Assembly: GCA_026418175.1 (NCBI GenBank)
Contig: JAOABX010000003.1
Span: forward strand, 117,084 to 181,083
Reading direction: 5' to 3'
Source: Flavobacteriales bacterium
GTDB lineage: Bacteria > Bacteroidota > Bacteroidia > CAIKAF01
DNA: 64,000 bases
A program made the translations under genes and the position numbers. A model generated the notes under the pieces. It ran no database searches, was not told where the DNA came from, and saw only the letters and a list, made by a program, of their open reading frames with translations. This document shows positions 47,035 through 56,596 of the stretch, piece by piece (the stretch's first letter is position 1; the number at the start of each line of letters is the position of its first letter).

Positions 47035-47688
47035 ATGTTAACCAAAGAGCAAATTGCACAACGAATAGCAAGAGAACTGAGAGATGGCATGTATGTAAAT
47101 CTTGGAATTGGTATTCCTACATTGGTAGCCAATTATGTTCCTAAAGGAATGACCATCATATTGCAAAGTGAAAATGGAATGCTGGGAATGGGGCCATTTC
47201 CGTATGAAGGAGAAGAAGATCCAGATTTAATCAATGCCGGCAAACAAACTGTTACTATTTTACCGGGAGGTAGTTTTTTTGACTCAGCCATGAGTTTTGG
47301 AATGATTCGGGCTGGAAAAGTGGATCTAACGGTTTTAGGAGCTATGGAGGTGGCTGATAACGGCGATATTGCCAATTGGAAAATTCCGGGCAAAATGGTG
47401 AAGGGAATGGGAGGAGCCATGGACCTGGTGGCTTCTGCAAAAAATATTATTGTTGCCATGCAGCATACGGATAAAGCCGGGAACTCCAAGCTGCTTCCAA
47501 AATGTACTTTACCTATTACCGGGTTGCGTTGTGTAAAAAAAATTGTAACCGATTTGGGGGTATTTGATGTAACACCTCATGGATTTAAATTATTGGAACG
47601 GGCTCCGGGTGTTACGGTGGAAGAAATTCGTGCAAAGACTGCCGGACGCTTAGTAGTTGAAGGGGATGTAGTGGAAATGAGTTTTTAG
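47035..47688 (+). CDS. scoB: 3-oxoacid CoA-transferase subunit B
   Basis: 217 aa; catalytic glutamate motif QSENG; directly downstream of scoA. Confidence 0.8.
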   Translation: MLTKEQIAQRIARELRDGMYVNLGIGIPTLVANYVPKGMTIILQSENGMLGMGPFPYEGEEDPDLINAGKQTVTILPGGSFFDSAMSFGMIRAGKVDLTVLGAMEVADNGDIANWKIPGKMVKGMGGAMDLVASAKNIIVAMQHTDKAGNSKLLPKCTLPITGLRCVKKIVTDLGVFDVTPHGFKLLERAPGVTVEEIRAKTAGRLVVEGDVVEMSF

Positions 47689-47727
47689 ATTTTATTCAAA
47701 AAATAATTTAATTTCAACATATTATCT

Positions 47728-48453
47728 GTGAAATTATCAATAGTTATACCCGCCTATAATGAAGAGCGAACCATTCATTTGATACTAGATAAAGTATTAG
47801 CTGTAAAGCTGGATGGAGAGCTTGAAAAAGAAATTATTTTAGTAAATGACTGTTCTAAAGACAATACTCGTGCTGTAATTGAACGATATATACAACAGCA
47901 TCCCGAAGCTGGCATAGTATTATATAATCATGATGTAAATCAGGGGAAGGGAGCTGCCTTGCATACGGGTATTTCAAAAGCTACTGGTGATTATATAATT
48001 ATTCAGGATGCTGACCTGGAATACGATCCAGAAGAATATAACCTATTATTAAAACCCATTTTAAATGGAATGGCTGATGTTGTATATGGTTCTCGGTTTA
48101 TGGGAGGTAATCCGCATCGAATATTGTTTTTCTGGCACTCCATTGGAAATAAGTTTTTGACGTTTCTGTCAAACATGTTTACCAATCTTAACCTAACGGA
48201 TATGGAAACTTGTTACAAACTATTTCGTCGGGAGATAATTCAAAAAATTTACTTACAGGAAAAAAAGTTTGGTTTTGAACCGGAAGTAACGGCTAAGATA
48301 GCCCGTGTACCTGATGTTAGAATATATGAAGTAGGTATATCTTATTACGGAAGAACTTATGCCGAAGGAAAGAAAATAGGTTGGAAAGACGGGTTTAGGG
48401 CTATTTATTGTATTTTAAAGTATAATATTTGGGATCGAAAAACATTTAAATGA
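47728..48453 (+). CDS. GT2 family glycosyltransferase (polyprenyl-phosphate sugar synthase, DPM1-like)
   Basis: GTG start; [11 protein letters not shown]; DXD as [12 protein letters not shown]; ~240 aa soluble GT-A domain. Confidence 0.7.
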   Translation: MKLSIVIPAYNEERTIHLILDKVLAVKLDGELEKEIILVNDCSKDNTRAVIERYIQQHPEAGIVLYNHDVNQGKGAALHTGISKATGDYIIIQDADLEYDPEEYNLLLKPILNGMADVVYGSRFMGGNPHRILFFWHSIGNKFLTFLSNMFTNLNLTDMETCYKLFRREIIQKIYLQEKKFGFEPEVTAKIARVPDVRIYEVGISYYGRTYAEGKKIGWKDGFRAIYCILKYNIWDRKTFK

Positions 48454-49952
48454 AGTTTTTTCAGCGAAATCATACCCTGTATTTATGCATTCTTACTACC
48501 ATAGTTTATGCCGTTATTTATAGTTCCATTTCCCTGTGGAATCACTACGTATTTAGAACATTTGCATATGATTTAGGCATAAAAAATCAGGCTTTGTGGG
48601 ATTATGCCCACTTTCGTATGAATTATAATACTGTTTTACATGAACTAAATGGTGAAATAAATATACTGGCTAATCATTTTGAACCGGTGATTATGCTTTT
48701 TTCACCATTGTATTATCTATTTGGTTCATACACATTACTGGTGGTTCAAATCTTTTTTATACTGTTGGGCGGATGGGGAATACGTCGGCTAGTTATCCAT
48801 CAAAGCGGAAATGAATGGTTGGCACTAACTGGGATGCTCGTTTTTTATTCGATGTGGGGAGTATTTGCAGCTCTATCATTTGACTTTCATACCAATGTTG
48901 TTGCAGCTTCGGTTGTTTCTTGGTTTTTGGCTTTTTCTTTTGAAAGGCGATGGGTACATTCATTGTTGATTTTATTATTTATAATACTTTGTAAAGAAAA
49001 TATGGCTTTGTGGGCTGTATTTTTAGCAGCAGGGATGGCCATTTATTATTGGAACGAGAAAAAATATCGTTGGATATATACTGGATTAAGTCTTGCTTCT
49101 TTGGGTGTATTTGTACTAATCATGAAAGTAATTATTCCTTATTATGCAGAAGGGAAACTCTTGTATATTCATTTTAAATACGCTGCCTTGGGTGCCACCA
49201 TGGAAGAATCAATTATTACTTTGTTAACCTCTCCGGGTAAGTGGATTCCACTGATTTGGAAAAGCCCCATAGAAAGTAGCGATCCTTTTATACGTGACTC
49301 AAAAATTTGGCTTCATACGGCGGTTGCATTAAGTGGTGGTGTGTTTATGCTGATAAGGCCATATTTTTTAGTTATGTTAATTCCAATATATGCTCAAAAA
49401 TTATTTTCTGATGACCCCATTCGATGGGGAATTTTCAGCCATTATAGCATCGAATTTGTTCCAATCATTACTGCTGCAGCATTTACTTTAATTTCTTCTT
49501 TTAAAAGCTGGAAGGTTCAATTATTGTCTGCCGGGTTATTACTGATATCAGTAGCTGATGTTACGAAAGACCTCATGGATCGTTGGAACCCCAATCCATA
49601 TAAAAACCTGAATGTTCAGTTTTATACACAAGCTCATTATACACGTGAAATTAATTACAGGGCATATCATAAAATTTTAGCATATTATATTCCTAAACAT
49701 GCTGCTGTTTCTGCTAATTCTTTTTTAGTTCCACACTTGGCTTTTCGTAAAAAAATTTATCAATTCCCGGTAATTAAAGATGCAGAATATGTTGTTGTTT
49801 GCGATGATTTTAGAAATTATTATCCTTTTGGGTTAGATCAACGCGTATTTTTTTTATCAACCAGGGATAGCTTAGAATCATCCCCTCAGTTTAATACTAT
49901 TTTTAAAGATCAACGAATGGTAATTCTTAAGCGGAAAGAAAATGAACCGTAA
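48450..49952 (+). CDS. Polytopic membrane protein, DUF2079-like (putative GT-C glycosyltransferase)
   Basis: 500 aa; 10 or more TM helices; start overlaps the GT2 stop (ATGA). Family name assigned from memory. Confidence 0.4.
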   Translation: MKFFQRNHTLYLCILTTIVYAVIYSSISLWNHYVFRTFAYDLGIKNQALWDYAHFRMNYNTVLHELNGEINILANHFEPVIMLFSPLYYLFGSYTLLVVQIFFILLGGWGIRRLVIHQSGNEWLALTGMLVFYSMWGVFAALSFDFHTNVVAASVVSWFLAFSFERRWVHSLLILLFIILCKENMALWAVFLAAGMAIYYWNEKKYRWIYTGLSLASLGVFVLIMKVIIPYYAEGKLLYIHFKYAALGATMEESIITLLTSPGKWIPLIWKSPIESSDPFIRDSKIWLHTAVALSGGVFMLIRPYFLVMLIPIYAQKLFSDDPIRWGIFSHYSIEFVPIITAAAFTLISSFKSWKVQLLSAGLLLISVADVTKDLMDRWNPNPYKNLNVQFYTQAHYTREINYRAYHKILAYYIPKHAAVSANSFLVPHLAFRKKIYQFPVIKDAEYVVVCDDFRNYYPFGLDQRVFFLSTRDSLESSPQFNTIFKDQRMVILKRKENEP

Positions 49953-51789
49953 CATTTCTTTATCGAAACTGGTTCTCGGTATATCATGCCTTGCCATAAT
50001 TTTTCTTTCTTTTCGCAATCCACCTCCTAAGCCTATTTCATGGGATGTTTTAGGGTATTATCTTTATTTACCACTTTTAAATTCCTATGGTGAATTTAAT
50101 GATAGTGTATATAATTCACTAAAAACCAAAATAACGAATGAATATAACCTTAGTTCTACTTTATATCAAGCTCATAAGTCTCCTTCCGGTAAATATGTTA
50201 TTCAGTATTCACTGGGATTAAGTTATTTTTTTGCGCCATTTTATCTTATAGCGAATACCATAGCCTCTTATATTAATTATCCAACTGATGGTTTCTCTGA
50301 ACCGTATCAATGGGCTATACATTTAGGCGGAATATTATTTACGATTCTTGCATTGATTGTACTCCGCAAATTTTTACTCATTCATTTTAGTGATTGTATT
50401 GTTGCTATTGTGTTATTTATTGTTGTTTTTGCAACCAATGCATTGGTAATATTCACTTCAAATATTGGCATGCCTCATCATATTTTATTCGGGTTATATA
50501 TTCTTTTAATTTGGATTACCCATCAATGGCATTTGCAGCCAAATGTTAAAAAATCAATGGTATTAGGGTTATTATGTGGCTGGATAATCATTAGTCGGCC
50601 TACGGATATCGTTTGTTTGTTTATTCCATTGCTTTGGGGTGTGGCTGATAAAGCAACACTTAAAGCTAAGTTGAAATTGATTCAGTCAAAGTGGAATTAT
50701 GTTGTATTGGCAATAATTTTTTCTGTTTTACCTATTATACCTCAATTAATTTATTGGAAACATAATACCGGTAATTGGTTATATTACAGTTACGTTAATC
50801 CTGCAGAAGGTTTGGATCTGTTTGCGCCCTATACATGGAAATTTCTTTTTTCTTTTCGCAAAGGTTGGTTGATTTATACCCCGATAATGCTTTTTGCTAT
50901 TGCAGGAATTATCTGGTCTTTTAAAAAACAACGAACTTGGTTCTGGATGCTTGCTTCTTTTTTTGTAATTAATCTTTGGGTGGTTTCCAGTTGGACCTGT
51001 TGGTGGTATGCCAATAGCTTTGGTAGCAGGGCCATGGTTCAAAGTTATGCTGTTATGGCACTTCCTCTGGGTGTTTTTATTCGTGAAATTAAAAAGCATA
51101 GGCCTGTAGTTATATTTAGTACTTTCATTGTAATGATATTTTTCTTATTACTAAATATTTTTCAAACCTGGCAATTTTTTAAAGGTATCTTACCCAGTGA
51201 TAGAATTACAATGGCATATTATTTAAAAGTTTTTGGCAAAACCATTTATCATGGAGAGTATGATAATCTATTATTAATAAATAGAGACCAATTGAATGAA
51301 GTAATTCCAAGCCACGTTAAATATGAAGAAACAACATTATTATATGAAAATTTTGATTCCTATACAAACAATATATTAAACAAAAATCTTGATTCTTCTT
51401 CTCAATCACTATTAATTTATTCAGGTTATGCTTTTCACAATATTATTCAATTAACTTATGATGAATTAACACAGCAAAAGGAATATGCATGGATACGAAC
51501 TACTGGAAAATTCTATTCAAAAAATATGCATTTTCTTAAACCCGGCGAAATTTACCTTGTAAATGAATTCTATTTTAAAAACAAGCGATATAAGTATCGA
51601 GCTGCTGATTTGACACAATATGTAGTTGACACATTAGGCCATTGGTTTCAATTTCAAGTAGATTATTTAACACCTGAACCGAGAAGAACATCAGATATTT
51701 ACAAGTCATATTTTTGGTACAGAGGAAATGATACAATATTTGTTGATGATATTGTGGTAAAAAAATATATACCTTCTTCAGCGGATTAG
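49942..51789 (+). CDS. Polytopic membrane protein with a C-terminal soluble domain (putative GT-C / PMT-ArnT-like glycosyltransferase)
   Basis: 615 aa; ~11 TM helices in the N-terminal 400 aa then a ~200-aa hydrophilic domain; overlaps the upstream gene by 11 nt. Confidence 0.3.
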   Translation: MNRNISLSKLVLGISCLAIIFLSFRNPPPKPISWDVLGYYLYLPLLNSYGEFNDSVYNSLKTKITNEYNLSSTLYQAHKSPSGKYVIQYSLGLSYFFAPFYLIANTIASYINYPTDGFSEPYQWAIHLGGILFTILALIVLRKFLLIHFSDCIVAIVLFIVVFATNALVIFTSNIGMPHHILFGLYILLIWITHQWHLQPNVKKSMVLGLLCGWIIISRPTDIVCLFIPLLWGVADKATLKAKLKLIQSKWNYVVLAIIFSVLPIIPQLIYWKHNTGNWLYYSYVNPAEGLDLFAPYTWKFLFSFRKGWLIYTPIMLFAIAGIIWSFKKQRTWFWMLASFFVINLWVVSSWTCWWYANSFGSRAMVQSYAVMALPLGVFIREIKKHRPVVIFSTFIVMIFFLLLNIFQTWQFFKGILPSDRITMAYYLKVFGKTIYHGEYDNLLLINRDQLNEVIPSHVKYEETTLLYENFDSYTNNILNKNLDSSSQSLLIYSGYAFHNIIQLTYDELTQQKEYAWIRTTGKFYSKNMHFLKPGEIYLVNEFYFKNKRYKYRAADLTQYVVDTLGHWFQFQVDYLTPEPRRTSDIYKSYFWYRGNDTIFVDDIVVKKYIPSSAD

Positions 51790-52430
51790 TCTAATGGTAG
51801 CGCTTGTGTAATTAATTTTACTTCTGCTATTCCACTTATTAAATACATTCGTTTGCTTACAAGATGCATACATAAATAGCGTGTTCTGCGTTTGGTGCCT
51901 TTTTTAAAAATTCCGTTTTTGCCCAATTGAAAAATAGAATTGATTGGAATTTCTTCCAGGTGTGTAACAGGCTTTGCATCATATTTTTTAAGTACGCGGT
52001 ATAAGTGATGGTCGCTACAGGACGAGGCTTTGGGATTCAGAACATATTGCTTCAAAGCGTCTTCAATATCTTTTGGAAAAACTTGGCGATCTATAAATCC
52101 TTTTAAAAGCATTGAAAATGCTTCTTTCCATTCTTTTCCATGTGGTGCCACTTGGTCTTTGTATTTTTCAAAAGTAATTAAGTGAGCAACTTCATGAGTA
52201 AATGTGATAAGGAAAGCATAAGGATTCAAGTCATGGTTTACAGAGATGCGATGAAGTTCGCCAGGATTTCGAGGAGCTTGATAATCGCCAAATCGGGTAT
52301 GTCGGCTACGGCTGATACGAAATCTAAAACGGTATTCTTGTATCCAGTTATAAGCCTGCTCGGCTGTACCTTCGGGCAAAAATTGCTGTAAGATTTGAAT
52401 ATTTCGGTATTTTTTTTCTTCCGTATCCAT
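51786..52430 (-). CDS. SprT-like zinc metallopeptidase-fold protein (HExxH)
   Basis: 214 aa; FTHEVAHLITFEKY metal-binding motif; basic N-terminal region. Confidence 0.45.
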   Translation of the reverse strand: MDTEEKKYRNIQILQQFLPEGTAEQAYNWIQEYRFRFRISRSRHTRFGDYQAPRNPGELHRISVNHDLNPYAFLITFTHEVAHLITFEKYKDQVAPHGKEWKEAFSMLLKGFIDRQVFPKDIEDALKQYVLNPKASSCSDHHLYRVLKKYDAKPVTHLEEIPINSIFQLGKNGIFKKGTKRRTRYLCMHLVSKRMYLISGIAEVKLITQALPLD

Positions 52431-52639
52431 ACCAACTCATAAAAATCTGTATTATTCCAATTAAAAAATCACATTAGAATTAAAAGTTTTTCAATAAATA
52501 TTTTTAATAAGTAAAAATATGTGTATTTGACGCTGCTCTTTTGATTGTTTATAACTGATGGTAAAACTTTCTCGAAATTTAATATTAAAAACATTATTTA
52601 TTTTTTTATTTCAACCTACCGTAATAAAACAATTATTAT

Positions 52640-53977
52640 ATGACACCCAGAAAAAAAAGCCAACCAAAGATATTTGTACTTGATACTTCGGTTATCTTAT
52701 ATAATCATCATGCTCTTGAAAGTTTTGAAGAAAATGATGTAGCCATTCCTATTAGTGTATTAGAAGAGTTGGATAATTTTAAAAAGGGAAATGATACCAA
52801 AAACTTCGAAGCCAGAGAATTTATACGGGTTATTGATAGTTATTCTGAAGGGAGGTCGCTTACTGATTGGATTCAGTTAAATGGCAAAGGGCTTGGAAAA
52901 TTTAAAGTTGTTATGGAAGAAAATAGCGAGCCTGATGCTCGAAAAATATTTGGAGATAATAAGAATGACCATAAAATACTGAATGCAGCTATTCGTCTTC
53001 GGGCAGAATATCCTAACCGCAAAGTTATTTTGGTAACCAAAGATGTAAACCTTCGGCTTAAGGCTAAATCATTAGATGTAATGGCTGAAGATTTTGAAAC
53101 AGGAAAAGTAAAAAATGTTGATGATTTGTATAAAGGAAAAAGTGTAATTGAGGGCATTGAACATGGTATTATAGAAAAAATCTATCAGGAAGGATTTTGC
53201 GAGGTTAAAGAGATATTTAAAGAAACACCGATTCCTAATCATTATTTCATATTAAAAAATACCAGGACATCAGTCCTTGCAACGTATAATCCCTTTATTC
53301 ACAGGATAGAACGTGTAGAAAAACGAAGTGCTTACAACATCAAACCCCGAAATGCTGAGCAGGTATTTGCGTTTCATGCCATTATGAACCCGAATGTAAA
53401 ACTGGTAACAATTCAGGGGGTGGCAGGTACTGGGAAAACATTGATAGCATTGGCTGGAGCTTTGGAACAACGACGGGATTTCAGACAAATCTATTTAGCT
53501 CGTCCAATTGTTCCTTTAAGCAACAAAGATATTGGCTATTTGCCCGGTGATATCAAGTCAAAGCTGAATCCATACATGGAACCATTGTTTGATAATTTGA
53601 AATACATACAAAGTACTTTTGACGAACGTGATAAAGAAGGAAAAAAAATACAGGAAATGCTTGAAACCGAAAAGCTTGTTATTTCTCCCTTGGCATATAT
53701 TCGTGGAAGAAGCCTCTCTAATATTTATTATATCATTGATGAAGCACAAAATCTTACCCCGCATGAAGTAAAAACCATCATTACCCGTGCCGGCGAAAAC
53801 ACGAAAATTATATTTACCGGAGATATATATCAAATAGATACGCCCTATCTAGATACCCAAAGTAATGGGTTAAGTTATTTGATTGACCGCATGCATCATC
53901 ATCCCATTCATGCACACATTACGCTTGAAAAAGGCGAACGTAGCGAGCTGGCTAATGTGGCTAATGAGCTACTATAA
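52640..53977 (+). CDS. PhoH2-type ATPase with an N-terminal PIN domain (YlaK-like)
   Basis: PIN-like N-terminus (IFVLDTSVIL...ISVLEELD); PhoH Walker A GVAGTGKT; Walker B IIDEAQN; 445 aa. Confidence 0.8.
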   Translation: MTPRKKSQPKIFVLDTSVILYNHHALESFEENDVAIPISVLEELDNFKKGNDTKNFEAREFIRVIDSYSEGRSLTDWIQLNGKGLGKFKVVMEENSEPDARKIFGDNKNDHKILNAAIRLRAEYPNRKVILVTKDVNLRLKAKSLDVMAEDFETGKVKNVDDLYKGKSVIEGIEHGIIEKIYQEGFCEVKEIFKETPIPNHYFILKNTRTSVLATYNPFIHRIERVEKRSAYNIKPRNAEQVFAFHAIMNPNVKLVTIQGVAGTGKTLIALAGALEQRRDFRQIYLARPIVPLSNKDIGYLPGDIKSKLNPYMEPLFDNLKYIQSTFDERDKEGKKIQEMLETEKLVISPLAYIRGRSLSNIYYIIDEAQNLTPHEVKTIITRAGENTKIIFTGDIYQIDTPYLDTQSNGLSYLIDRMHHHPIHAHITLEKGERSELANVANELL

Positions 53978-53986
53978 TTAAAAAAA

Positions 53987-54946
53987 ATGTTTTTTAAGTG
54001 CACATCCTTTTTTGTACGTTTGATTTTACAAACTATATGCATGCACATTTATAATTTATTTTTTTGTTTTTTTATTGGTGTAGGATTTGTTTTTGCGCAG
54101 CATGATGGCCCATTCACCCCTCGTTCTGGAGGAGGTCTGTTGAGTGGCCATTTTCATTATCAATCGTATAGTAATATACAACAACAAGATACTTCCCGGC
54201 CTCAAAATTTACTTCGACCAGTTACTTACCAATCGATTCGTTTTTTGGCAGAATATGGTGCGCTTGATAAGCTTACTTTATTTGTAATGTTACCTGTAAA
54301 TATTGTTTCGACAGGCAAGGAGTTAAATACCGGCGCTGATTTTACAGATACCTTAAAATCAGGTACTGTAACAGGACTTGGGAATGTAGAGGCCGGAGTA
54401 AAATATAAGTTTTATCATAAAAAGTGGCTGTTAGCCGCTTCTTTGAGGACTGAATTGAAAACAGGTACTTATGATAACGGAACCGGCCTGAGAACAGGTA
54501 ATGATGCTTGGGGAATTATACCGATGTTTCATGTGGGGCGTGCTTGGAAAGAAAAATACTATGTATTTGCTGATGTTGGTGGATGCTACAGAACGGATAA
54601 TTATAGTGGAGATTGGAGAATACAAGTGGAGGGTGGTGTTCGTTTTTTTAACGCTTTATGGATAAGAGGGGCCATACATTCACGCCGTTCGTTTTATAAC
54701 GGAATATTTGAAAAGAAAAATAATCTTCAAACGGCTCTTTATGTAAATAATCAGGAATGGTTATTACTAAATGCAAGAATTGATTACCAACATCCAATAG
54801 GATTTGGTATTCAGGCAGGTATTACGGGATATTTATTTGGAAATAATATTGCTGCAACACCCATGTTCTATGGCGGTGTTTATTATAAATGGAATTACGA
54901 TTACGGACAATCAGAGGATTATTATATTGAGCGAAAACACAACTAG
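53987..54946 (+). CDS. Hypothetical exported protein, possibly an outer-membrane beta-barrel
   Basis: An internal ATG at ~54041 gives the signal-like MHIYNLFFCFFIGVGFVFAQ; alternating hydrophobic pattern; C-terminal aromatic-rich segment. Confidence 0.3.
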   Translation: MFFKCTSFFVRLILQTICMHIYNLFFCFFIGVGFVFAQHDGPFTPRSGGGLLSGHFHYQSYSNIQQQDTSRPQNLLRPVTYQSIRFLAEYGALDKLTLFVMLPVNIVSTGKELNTGADFTDTLKSGTVTGLGNVEAGVKYKFYHKKWLLAASLRTELKTGTYDNGTGLRTGNDAWGIIPMFHVGRAWKEKYYVFADVGGCYRTDNYSGDWRIQVEGGVRFFNALWIRGAIHSRRSFYNGIFEKKNNLQTALYVNNQEWLLLNARIDYQHPIGFGIQAGITGYLFGNNIAATPMFYGGVYYKWNYDYGQSEDYYIERKHN

Positions 54947-55103
54947 CTAACTGTTTTCAAACGACAACAAATGGAAATGCCCGAATACAATCGGTAAAAA
55001 ACCGACTATGTGTTACATCCCATTTCAACTTTGCGGTGCAATTCGATGACAACTCGGTTGCGATGTCGTAAAATTCATGTTTAACTTTTAAATCGTAACA
55101 CGT

Positions 55104-55442
55104 ATGTACAATTTGAAAAACAGTGTAAGGCTAATCGGACATGTGGGATTAAATCCTGAAGTGAAAGTGCTAAGCGGGAATCGCAAGCTGGCAAAGTTTT
55201 CTTTAGCAACTTCTGACAATTACAAAAACAGTAAGGGGGAATGGGAAACACAAACTCAATGGCATAACATTGTAGCCTGGGGAAAAGTTGCTAGCAAGGC
55301 TGAAAAGCAGATTAGTAAAGGGGCTGAAGTAATTATCGAAGGCAAATTAATGCATCGTCAGTACGAAGATTCACAAGGTGTTAAGCGCTATATTACAGAA
55401 ATTCAGGTATCAGATTTGTTGGTTGTAAAAGCCAGGAATTAA
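55104..55442 (+). CDS. ssb: Single-stranded DNA-binding protein, short paralog lacking the acidic C-terminal tail
   Basis: Clear OB-fold similarity to E. coli SSB (NSVRLIGHVGLNPEV / LATSD / TQWHNIVAWGKVA / IIEGKLMHRQYEDSQGVKRYITEI). It ends ...LLVVKARN at 112 aa with no Gly/Pro-rich linker and no DDDIPF-type tip. Confidence 0.75.
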   Translation: MYNLKNSVRLIGHVGLNPEVKVLSGNRKLAKFSLATSDNYKNSKGEWETQTQWHNIVAWGKVASKAEKQISKGAEVIIEGKLMHRQYEDSQGVKRYITEIQVSDLLVVKARN

Positions 55443-55466
55443 ATTAGCTTAATACACAAGTAAAGG

Positions 55467-55500
55467 GAGAACAACTTAATGTGTTCTCTCTTTTTATTTT
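55467..55500 (+). terminator. Rho-independent terminator after ssb
   Basis: gagaaca / tgttctc stem followed by TCTTTTTATTTTT; it abuts the 3' end of convergent menF. Confidence 0.6.
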
Positions 55501-56594
55501 TAAAAATACTTAGCTATTGAAGCTGCTTTATGGCCGGTTTCTTCCCATTCTGATTCAGGGTCTGACCCTGCTGTAATACCAGCTCCCGAATAAAATGCAA
55601 CTTGATTTCTATGCAGTGAAGCACATCGAAGATTTACAAACAAAGAAGACGAATTCAAAGTTATTGGACCTAAAAATCCTGCATAATAACTTCGTTCGTG
55701 TTTTTCGAGTTGTTGTATGAGTTTTAAGCTTGCTGTTTTGGGATATCCACCCACTGCTGGAGTGGGGTGCATTTCGCGTGCAAGCTTTTCCATCATCGGT
55801 TTTTGAGGGATATCTTGAAGGTTTATTCGAAACAAAGTTCGTAAATGAATCAATGGTCCTATGGAATAGTATTCTGGCCCTTGTATCTCAATTTCTTCTA
55901 TCGGGTACTTATGAAAAATTTCATGAATATATTGAGTAACCAGATCTTGTTCGTGTCTTTCTTTTTCACTCCATTCATGCTGTTGTTCTAATGTTTTAGT
56001 CCCGGCTAACGAAACAGTTTCTATTCTTTTATCATGCTGAAATAACAAAATTTCTGGAGTAGCCCCTATCCAGGTTCCATGAATGGGCGTAGAAGTGTAT
56101 GAAATAAAAGCATTTGGGTAATTCTTTCGAAGATCAAGCAAAATATCCGCTATTTTTTTTTCAGATCTTGGCAGAACACGAATTGCTGAAAGCATTGCTT
56201 TTTCAATATTACCTAGCGAAATTTGATGCTTGATTTCATCTACCTGTAATAAAAAATCTTTTATGTTGGTGGCTTCAAATACATTATCAATTAAGCTGTG
56301 CCAATATTCAGTAGACTTTGTAGAAGAATTTATAAGTTTTTTCTGAATTGGTTCAGGCAACACTTCGTTATCATAAATACTCCATTGAGGTTTGATTCTT
56401 ATTATAGGGAAATTACCTCCAACAAAGAATGGATATATGATAAACTCAGAATCATTTAATGGGGGATAGTCTAAATCTGTAGACTGAATCCAAAATGTAA
56501 ATTTACTTTCACCAGGTAAAGAAAAACCTGCAACGCTAACATTGCAGGTTTTAGTAGCTTCTAACAACTGTTGTAGTAATTGATTCTCCTTCAA
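55500..56594 (-). CDS. menF: Isochorismate synthase (menaquinone pathway; chorismate-binding enzyme)
   Basis: 364 aa; C-terminal chorismate-binding motifs (SYYAGFLGP, FYSGAGITAGSDPESEWEET). Confidence 0.65.
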   Translation of the reverse strand: MKENQLLQQLLEATKTCNVSVAGFSLPGESKFTFWIQSTDLDYPPLNDSEFIIYPFFVGGNFPIIRIKPQWSIYDNEVLPEPIQKKLINSSTKSTEYWHSLIDNVFEATNIKDFLLQVDEIKHQISLGNIEKAMLSAIRVLPRSEKKIADILLDLRKNYPNAFISYTSTPIHGTWIGATPEILLFQHDKRIETVSLAGTKTLEQQHEWSEKERHEQDLVTQYIHEIFHKYPIEEIEIQGPEYYSIGPLIHLRTLFRINLQDIPQKPMMEKLAREMHPTPAVGGYPKTASLKLIQQLEKHERSYYAGFLGPITLNSSSLFVNLRCASLHRNQVAFYSGAGITAGSDPESEWEETGHKAASIAKYF

Positions 56595-56596
56595 AA

